Part shown: in pieces, positions 54,826 to 64,000 of the stretch
Layout of the letters: each line of letters starts with the position of its first letter
Position numbering within the stretch: the stretch's first letter is position 1
Source of the DNA: Neocallimastix sp. 'constans'
Taxonomy: Eukaryota
Assembly: GCA_050613775.1 (NCBI GenBank)
Contig: JBODTK010000150.1
Span: 1 to 64,000, forward strand
Length of the DNA stretch: 64,000 bases
Direction: 5' to 3'
The notes under the pieces: model-generated
Told to the model about the DNA's origin: nothing
Seen by the model: only the letters and a program-made list of their open reading frames with translations
Database searches by the model: none
Program-made: the position numbers and the translations under genes

Positions 54826-57800
54826 TTTTTATAAATCCTATATACTAATAATTAATAATCAATAATCAATAATAATCAATAATAATAAATAATAATCAAT
54901 AAAATAAATCATTAATAATAAAAACTAATAATTAATGTAATTATTAATATATAATAATGAATAAATTATCAATAATAAATAATAATGAATAAATAATAAT
55001 GAATAAATAATCAATAATAAAAAATTAAATAATTAAATAATTGAATAATTAAATAACATCCAATATTAATTATGTAAAGTTAATTAACGGGTAAATTCTT
55101 ATTTAAAATTATTTTTATATCAGATAATTCTTATTTTTTTTTTTTTTTTAATTTTTAATTATTATTTATATGAAATTGAAATACACTTAATTATTTATTA
55201 TTATATATTATTATATTAATTGATTCATCCATTTATTTATTTTTCTATATAGTATGGAAACCCTTATCCTAATAATTAGGAAAAAAAAAAAAAGGTTGAT
55301 TTTATTTATTTTTTTTTTTCTTTACTTTTAATTTAAAAAGGAATTTATATATATTCTTTAATAAATATAATATAATATAATATATAATTTAATATAATAC
55401 TATACACTAAAATAAAATTCAATTTCAATTTTTATTGAAAATGTTGTTGTGGTATAATAAATAAAATTGCTTTTTTCTTTTTCTAACCTTTATAATTCAA
55501 ACTGTATTGAAAATAAATATAAATATATATTACCTTTCAATTAATATCATATAATTTAATATATTCATAAATAATTATATTTATATTTATTTTTTTATAC
55601 ATATTTTCGTTTTTTTTTTTTTTTTATTTTCGTTTTTTCTTATGTTAAAAATTAAAATAAAAAGAATTTTCTATAGTGTTTTCTAAAATTTTCTAAAAAA
55701 AAAAAAAAAGAAAATTATTTTCGTTCAATTTTATTAATTCCATAATTAATTTATTTAATATACTATATTATATTATAGAATAGAATGTCATATATTATAC
55801 GAATAATAATTATCGTTGGATTATTAATAATTATTTTTAATGGACGCTTCCATGTAAATCAAAAGTTTATATAATAAAATTAATTACCATCACTAAAACT
55901 TTAATTATTAGTAAAGTATTTATCCTTTTAGATAAAATTAATGAATGGATAATAATTATATTAATAAATTTATAGAAATTAAATCAATATAAACTGAATA
56001 TATTATATATTAAATATTAAAAAAGGTAGATATATGAATGAATGAATGAATGAATAAATAAATAAATAAAAACACAAAAAAATAAAATTTTATAATTAAT
56101 AGTATTCAAATAAATCGTATTAGAAAAAGTTTTTAATATTAACGATTAATGAATTTTATTTATAAAAAAAACTCTTTATTCATTGAAAAAAAAAAGCATT
56201 TTCTAAAAAATTTAATATTCATAAATAATAAATTATTAATAAAATCCAAATATATTAATATTAATTAATTTTTTCAATATTTTTAACATTTTTATAATTA
56301 TTATAAATATTAGTATTTTATTTTATTATATTTTATTAGTAATATAATTATGAAAAGTTTATTATATTTTAATATATTTCTAAAGATATATTAAAATAAA
56401 TTATCATGTATATTATTAATAACATTGATTTATTTTTATATTTTAATTTATTTGATTTATTTTTTTTTTCATTTTCTTTTTTTTTTGTTTTTTTTTAAAG
56501 AATATATAACACCTTTACATATATTACAGTATAATACAATATATTATATATTTATTTATGATCATTTAATAATATTTAATATTATATTTCCCTCTTATTT
56601 ATTATTCTTAATAGTGTTTATATTAATAAAAGAAATTTATATATATATTTTTTTGTATTTTATTATTTAATTTAAATATAAATATATTTATTTAATTTAA
56701 TATATATGTTGATTATTTTATTTATTTATTTATTATTAATTCTTTTTCAAATGTTTATTATTTTTTTTATGTATATATTAATATTTAATTTTATTAATAA
56801 TTTATTTTATTATTATTATTATTTTTATTTCAATTATTATTTTTTTTTTCGTTTTTTCTATTTTCTATTAATTATATTAAAAAAAATTAAAAACAAATAT
56901 AAAAGTGTAAAAGTTTTCTCAAAAATTTTCTTTTATTTCTTTTTTTTTTTTATTATTAATATTAAATATATTTTATTATATTTTTTTCATCATCATAATT
57001 TAACAATAATATTTAATAAATAGATATTTAATAAAGTAATAAAGTAAATAAAAAAAAAAATATATATTTTTTTGTATATAAATATAAATTAAAATTCAAA
57101 ATATATCAATATAATAAAAAAAGTTTATATAAAATGTTTTTATAATCAAAATAATTCCATACTAATAATAAAAGTATTTAAGAAAACAAAAACAAAACAA
57201 AAACAAAACAAAAAAACAAATTAAAAAAAAAAAAAAAAAACAAAGAAAATTAATAATAATAAAAAAAAAAAAGAATTATTAAAAGAGCTTAAAAAAAAAA
57301 AAATTAATAATTCTATTTCACCTAAATACTACAAAAAAAAAAAGCTTACTATATATTAAAATAAAAGAAATTATAATATTAAATTAATATAAAACATATA
57401 AAATTATTTATATTTTGAGAATTTCTTTTCTTAAATATATATTAATGGTTAAATATTGTTTTTATTATGTATATTTTTTTTATTTAAAAAAATAAACTGA
57501 TATCATTATTTTTGTTTTATATTTTTATTCTGTCATATCTTGTCATATCCATATATTAATAAATATTTTTATTTTTCTAATATTTGATATTTTTTTTCCT
57601 TTCTTTTTTAAAATCTTTCTTCCTTGATAATTTTAATAGTATTATACAGGAAAAAAGAATACTAATAAAGAAAAGAATATTTATATATAAAAGAAATTTA
57701 ATTTAGCATATATTATTTATAATAATATATTTATTATTTTATAAATCAATTAAATTATATTCTATACAAATTCAACATTTTCTAACGCCATATTTTTAAT

Positions 57801-58407
57801 AAATAGCAATTTTTCAATAATATTTAAAATAAACTTTTTCTTATTATTACATATAATTCCAAATTATATATTATATATGAATTTTTCATTTAAATTTCAT
57901 AAAAATAAATATATCTTTAAAAATAAAAGAAGGTCAAATTAAACTAGAAAGAACGGCAGAGACAGAATTAATAATAAAAATAAAAATACAAAATAAATTA
58001 AAAAAAAAAAAAAAAAAATGAATATAAAAAGTTATTTAATAATAATAACTAATACCATAACAAGCAAAATCAATTTTGAAAATTAATTTTTTTTTTTTTT
58101 ATTTTTAAAGAATAATTTTGTATTTATATTCTTCAATTTATATATGTTCATTATTATACTTAAAATATTATTTTCCAGAAAAAAAAATTTATATATGTAT
58201 CTATCGTTTCATTATATATATATATATATATATAAAAGAAATATATATCCAAATTATTTCAATAATATAAATTAAACATCATTAATAATATAATAAATTA
58301 AATAAAATAAAAAATACCTTTTGTATCATATTTTTATCATACCAAAAAATAAAACGAAACAAAATAAATTTAATAAAAAAAAATTATAATAACTAAAATA
58401 AAATAAA

Positions 58408-60938
58408 ATGGCAACAACAATAACTCAACCAACATTAATATTTAGTCATAATATCCCAGTAAATCATATAATATCATCGACTAATAGTATAAGTCATTCA
58501 AACGCAATAAAAAGACCACATAAATTAACCTCATCATCCATACAATATATAAAGAAATCTACATCACATGAACCATGTGTAAAAAGTGCAATTGTATTTG
58601 CCTTTTCTTTAAATGATATTATAAAAAGTTATCTTCCAGATAAAAAATTTAGAAGTGATAAAGAAAAAATTGAAGTACATTTTGCCCAAAAGGTAAGCAT
58701 ACATTTAGAAATATAAAGAAAAGATTATATATATATATATATATTTTTTTTTTTTTTATATATTTTTCAATATTAAAAAGTTGAATACAACTGTTAATAT
58801 TAAATATTAATATTATATACTTTTTTTTTTTTTTTTTTTTTTTAATTTTAAATTTTAAAATTTATTATATTTAGCTTATTGGTAAAATTCAATTAAATTT
58901 TTCAGAATTAGTATTGACTCTTGTATATTGTAATCGTTATTTAAAACATTGTCGTAAATATAAATTACCAATGCCTGGATCTCCTGGTAGTATATTTCCA
59001 AGTATGACTCATATGATAATTCCTTGTGTAATTTTAGCCGAAGTATACCTTGTAGATTGTCCACATAACTCTGTATGGTGGGCAAATAAATGTTCAGGTG
59101 GTGTTACTGTCGAAGATATTAATAGATGGAAAAGAGATGTTCTAGTTACAATGAAGTATTGGCTTTATATTGAACCAACCAGAGATTATGTTAACTGGAC
59201 ACGTCAAATAAAAAAGTTAGCTTTTGCTTTATTTGGTAAAAATTCAAATTCATTGAAACATTCTCTATCTTCTAACTGCTTAACTAATGACAATACGAAT
59301 AAACCAAATAATAATAATAATACTCCTACTCCTAAAATTGATTCCTCATCCCAAAAGAAAGTCAATAAACCTTCTAATTCTAGTTCTTTTCATAATTCTC
59401 TTCAAAATCATCTTAATACTATTTCTTCTTGTAACCATCTCAATAACTATGCTTCTCATACTACTAATAATAATGAAATTTCTATTAAAAACTTATTAAA
59501 TAGTAAATATTCATTTAATAAAACAAATTCATCACTACTCTCTAATTTTTGTCCTTCAACACTTTTAAATGTTATTAACAATAATGCTAGTGCCAAAATG
59601 GCAGTTTTTACTGATAATTCTTCATTTATCCCAAATGAAAATCATCAAGAGAATATAATAGATAGTAATCAAGAAAAAAGTAATCATACTTTTGATACAA
59701 AAATTACTAATAATCCCTCTTTAAGTATTAACGGTTCTACTTCAACGTCCAATTCCTCACAAAATATAAACCAATCAACTATTGCTAAATGTTCTGATAA
59801 TGAAATTGATGATAATACCCATGCTACTTCCATTCATCATCAATCAACTATTGGAAGATCTCGTACCATTCATAATCCTAGTGGAAATTCAATAATAAAT
59901 ACAAATAGTAATATCCCTTTTCATGTAAATGTAAATGCAGCTACTCAAACCACAAAATCTGAACCAGCTATATATCCTCATTTAAGCTCATATATAAGGT
60001 CAGCTACATTAACAGATTTACATTATATTGGTTCCAATGGTCAACAAATAGGATCTTCTTTATTAAGTAATTTAGACTATTTAAATAGTAATGATTCAAA
60101 AGTGGAACAATCTTTTTTTCGTATGAGTATGGCTCAAAAGCCCCCTCCTCTACCTTTGAAATATATTTCAAATTCTATGCAATCTAACTATATACCATCA
60201 AGTCAATTTAATATGGCTTCATCATCATCATCATCTACTGCTACCAATCAATCTTACGTTTCTTCTTCTTCTATTTCTAATAAAATTGAAGATCCATTTT
60301 CAACTTCTAATACTACTTCTAAATTTCATTATCCATTTCATTGCTTCGACAATGATCAAAATAATAGAATAAATCAAAATCAAAGTCAAAATAATTTACT
60401 TTATCCATCTAATAATTATTATACCACTTCAACTCCAGGAAGTTCATGTTCTGAAGTTTCTACTACTAATATTCATTCTACATGTGATTCTTTAATTTCA
60501 CCAAAAAGTTTTATATCCAATATTTCAACATCTACCTCAACATCTAATATAAGTCACGATAGTTCTGTAAGTAATACTACAGATTCTAGCATTTCATCGA
60601 CTGAAAATTTAAAGAAATCAATGATGAAAAATTATAATAATAATGAAAATAATTATACTACAAATTTTCAAAGTGGATTAAATAACTTTAATAATGATAA
60701 TAATAATAATGATTTATTTTATTTAGATTATAAAAAATTAAACTATTTACCTTCAGATTTTAATCCACATTGTTCTAAATTCATAAAAGAAAATTCCAAT
60801 CATAATAATTCAAAAAATATTGAACGTAGTAATTCAAGATCTAATGGTCATTATTTTAAAATTTTAGTTAAAACAGAATTAGATGATTCTTTAGAAGAAG
60901 AACGTAAATTAATATCACCACCTCATACACCAAATTAA
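58408..60938 (+). CDS. Pcl/Clg1 (Pho80-subfamily)-like cyclin-box protein with a long S/N-rich tail
   Basis: Exons 58408-58692 and 58875-60938 join in frame. FAQKLIGKIQLNFSELVLTLVYCNRY...CVILAEVYLVD....WWA..SGGVTVEDINRWKRDVLVTMKYWLYI follows the Pcl cyclin-box pattern. Confidence 0.75.
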
Positions 60939-61618
60939 TTTATTATTTTTTTTCTTACACTTTTTTTTTTTATTTTATTTTGTTTTATTATTACATTATT
61001 ATTATTTTATTTTTGTTTTATTATTATTATTTTATAAAAAAAAAAAAAAAAAAATTAAAAAAATTAAAAGAGAAAATATTATAGAATACCACTAATTAAA
61101 TTAAATTAAATTAAATATAATAAAATAAAATAAAAATAATATTAAATTTATGAAAGAATTAAGATATCATAGCCATATAGTGTGTTTATTATATATATAT
61201 TTTTTTAAAAAAAATAAAAATAAAAATAAAAATAAAATAAAAAAAAAAAATAATAAAAAAAAAAAAAAATAAAAAAAAAAAAGATTAGTGAAGAAAACTT
61301 ATGTATATATAATAATTATAAACATTTTTTAAAAGATTAAAAAAAAAAGAAAAAAAATTAAATAAATAAATAAATAAATAAGTAAATAAGTAAATAAATA
61401 TTATATAAAGAAGAAAATATAATTTTTTTTTTTTATTTTTTTTGAGGGTAAAAATTGTTATGGATAAAATAAAAAAAAAAAAATAATTTCTTTTTTAAAA
61501 AAAAAAGAAGGAGGGGAAATACTTTATTCTTTAATTGATTTATTTATTTTTTTAACTTATTATTATTATTATTATTATTATTATTGTTGTTGTTGCTGTT
61601 AATATTAAAGATGACATA

Positions 61619-61712
61619 TTTTTTTTTTTTTTTTTTTTTTGACTGGTCCATGAAGGGCTGAAGTAAAAGGACTAGCCTATATCAGATGTACTAATTACTA
61701 ATTACAGTGTAC
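61619..61712 (-). mobile_element. Probable poly(A)-tailed retroelement 3' end
   Basis: Poly(T) at 61619-61640 abuts a GC-elevated segment. The minus strand reads ...GGCTAG TCCTTTTACTTCAGCCCTTCATGGACCAGTC(A)22. It adjoins LINE coding remnants. Confidence 0.5.
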
Positions 61713-61714
61713 TA

Positions 61715-62119
61715 TAATTCTGATTCCTATTGTATACAAGAAAAAAGTTCTTCAATTCTTTGTTATTAGTAAAGTTATTTATTATTCTCCTCTACTTGGT
61801 TCAAACAAATCTTGAACGGCTAGAATTCAAACATTAATTAATGCTGGTCTATTTTGGCGTATCGGTTCCTTCTCTAAAAATGGTAAGACAAATTCAGAAA
61901 ACAACGACTATATTATTTAGACATAATTCTACTATGAGTACTTATGCTTTATCTCGAGATCTAAGCATCCCTCTTATTTGCTAGTATCTGCGCAGCCTTA
62001 ACCGATTAAATCGTTTGCAAAAATGGAGTAAATCAAACTGTATTATAAAGGAATCTTATTAAATTCTATTCCCAAAAATGCCTTATTATTCCTTGGATTA
62101 AAGAATCTAGAACTTTGTA

Positions 62120-62164
<45 letters not shown>

Positions 62165-62280
62165 AAAAATAGAAATGTGTAAACTATGATGATATTTTAG
62201 AGCGTTACTGGAAATCAGTTTCCAAATTTCAAGGTATTAAAGGTCAAAACTACGATAGTAACAAGTTCTCAAACAATAAA
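61715..62280 (+). mobile_element. Decayed LINE ORF2 fragment, post-RT region
   Basis: LIPIVYKKKVLQFFVISKVIYYSPLLGSNK, ALSRDLSIP and KWSKSNCIIK are homologous to the matching region of the downstream copy (KIPIPFKKIIINSYMLSKVSYFALLFGLNK). Confidence 0.75.
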
Positions 62281-62559
62281 GCTTTTTTATTTTATTTTAT
62301 TTTATTTTATTTTTTTTTATTTTATTTTATTTTATTTTATTTTATTTTATTTTATTTTATTTTATTTTATTTTATTTTATTTTATTTTATTTTTTTATTT
62401 TTTTAACTTTTATTTTTATTTTTAATTTCAAATGTACTTTTCACCTACATGCATTTTTTTTTATAATAAAATTAATAAATTTATGGAAGTGTATTCTCTT
62501 CCCTGCCTAAAAAAAAAAAAAAATTCTATAATTTTGATGATAATCAATAACTATTCTTT

Positions 62560-64000
62560 CTAAAATGGCTTCTGGTACGAAGAGAGAAAATATGGAATAT
62601 TGCGATAATATTATGAAAGGAGTTAGAAAAGGTTGTCCACTACCACCGATTCTTTTCAATCTATTTATTAATGACATTTTTAATGATTTTTCAGAATTTG
62701 GAATTCCTTTTAGGCGAATCGAGATATTGTGGTGGACTCTTTGCAGATGATATTGTTCTATGCGCACCGTCAAGAACTAAGTTAAAAAAAAAAATGCTTA
62801 AGAAGGTAAATGAATGGGCTAAAATTTAATATGATGAATTTTGGGATTAACAAAGTATGCAACGATGGCGATTCGACCAGACACACCTCCTTTTCAAAAT
62901 AAAAAGAGATCCTATTTTTCATCTTGCTGATCAACCAATTCCAATATCTAAATGTTATTTCTATTTAGGTATACCATTTGATAAAAAGCTTATCGTTGAA
63001 CCCTATTATTAAATTACTTTACTTAACACTAAAGTCATCAAAGTTCTCTTTTCTGTTTGGTAAATTTCTTTCAAATTCCGAAAATTCCTATTCCATTTAA
63101 GAAGATTATAATTAAACTCTTACATGCTTAGTAAAGTCTCTTACTTTGCACTTTTATTTGGTTTAAATAAAGAGAGAACAAATAATACTCAGAAATTAAT
63201 TAATAAAGGATAAAGACGGATTGCAGATTTACACGAAGCCAAATTGTTTTATTACTGAATATTCTATTTCAAAAAGATATAAATATTCCTCCATTCTCAG
63301 CTAAGTGTGCTTTGTCTCAAGTCAAATGGCTTTTAATAAATAGAAAAATTCAAATTGTATTATTTCCTATATAGTTAATAATATTCCAAAAATCTAGAAA
63401 AAATGCATGATCAAAAAACAAGTAGAACTCTTAAACGTAAAACTAGAGAAAAGAGGTAGTAACAATAAAGAAATCAAGAATTTTTATTGAAAAAGAGATA
63501 TGAAAATCAATTCTATTAAAGCTGAATTTTATGTTCCGTAGGGTAGTAATGTCTATATTTCCCAACTAAGAAACACTTATTACAAGTTCGGATATTGCAT
63601 TCTCTGAGGTTTCCACCACATGGCTTCAAATTATAAATATCTTGAAATTTAGCGTTGGCTTCCGATGGGTAAATTCGTGCCAAGATGTGAATATGAATTC
63701 GATGCTTGTGTTGCCAAAGCCGTCAAAATGATTGAAAAAGACCGTCCTGAAAGGTGTCCTTATTGTTATAGAAAAAATAGTATTCCTCAATTGGAACATT
63801 TGGTTTTTCTAAATGCTATCTTTTCCCGTGAATTTCAAATGAAATACTTTTTAAGGATATTGAAATTCTTTATGAAAAATTCTATATAATTTCTAAATAT
63901 GGACCAATATCAAATAGTAATGTAAACACTGTTATCACAGATATGAATAGTATAGAATTAAGTTCTGATTCGGATAGTAGTAACAAAGTATATATTATTA
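62560..64000 (+). mobile_element. Decayed non-LTR (LINE) retrotransposon: RT C-terminal half and CCHC knuckle
   Basis: KGVRKGCPLPPILFNLFINDIF, GLFADDIVL, YFYLGIPF and CPYC...LEH, with frameshifts and stops. Runs to the window end. Confidence 0.9.

Noticed and set aside
46061..57023. Short I/L/F/Y-rich ORFs within the gene-free tract
   Set aside because: Expected by chance from low-complexity AT DNA; no motifs or exon chains.

Overview
A 64-kb window of an extremely AT-rich, intron-rich eukaryotic chromosome. Composition, short AT-rich GT-AG introns, fungal-type genes and a flagellar axoneme gene suggest a zoosporic anaerobic gut fungus (Neocallimastigomycota); this is inference. Genes assembled by hand: the 3' part of a Cid1/TUT-family nucleotidyltransferase, a CIMIP1/C20orf85-like microtubule inner protein, RPL43, RPS29, a CACUL1-like cullin-domain protein, Trs120/TRAPPC9, ALG12, CCDC130/YJU2B, proteasome beta1 (PRE3) and a Pcl/Clg1-like cyclin preceded by a ~17-kb gene-free tract. 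Mobile DNA includes two related Mutator-like MITEs with 9-bp TSDs (one holds an internally deleted Copia element with a 5-bp TSD), decayed Copia pol and gag relics, and rearranged LINE fragments at the right end. I found no convincing new multi-gene system. The best leads are animal-like TCT/5'TOP initiators on both ribosomal-protein genes, a cyclin missing both conserved CDK-contact residues but ending in a Cdc4/Fbw7-type degron, a CACUL1 homologue in a fungus, a zinc-ligand-deficient uS14, a perfect 51-bp inverted duplication and heavy AAG 3' splice-site use. All family calls come from recognised motifs, not database searches.
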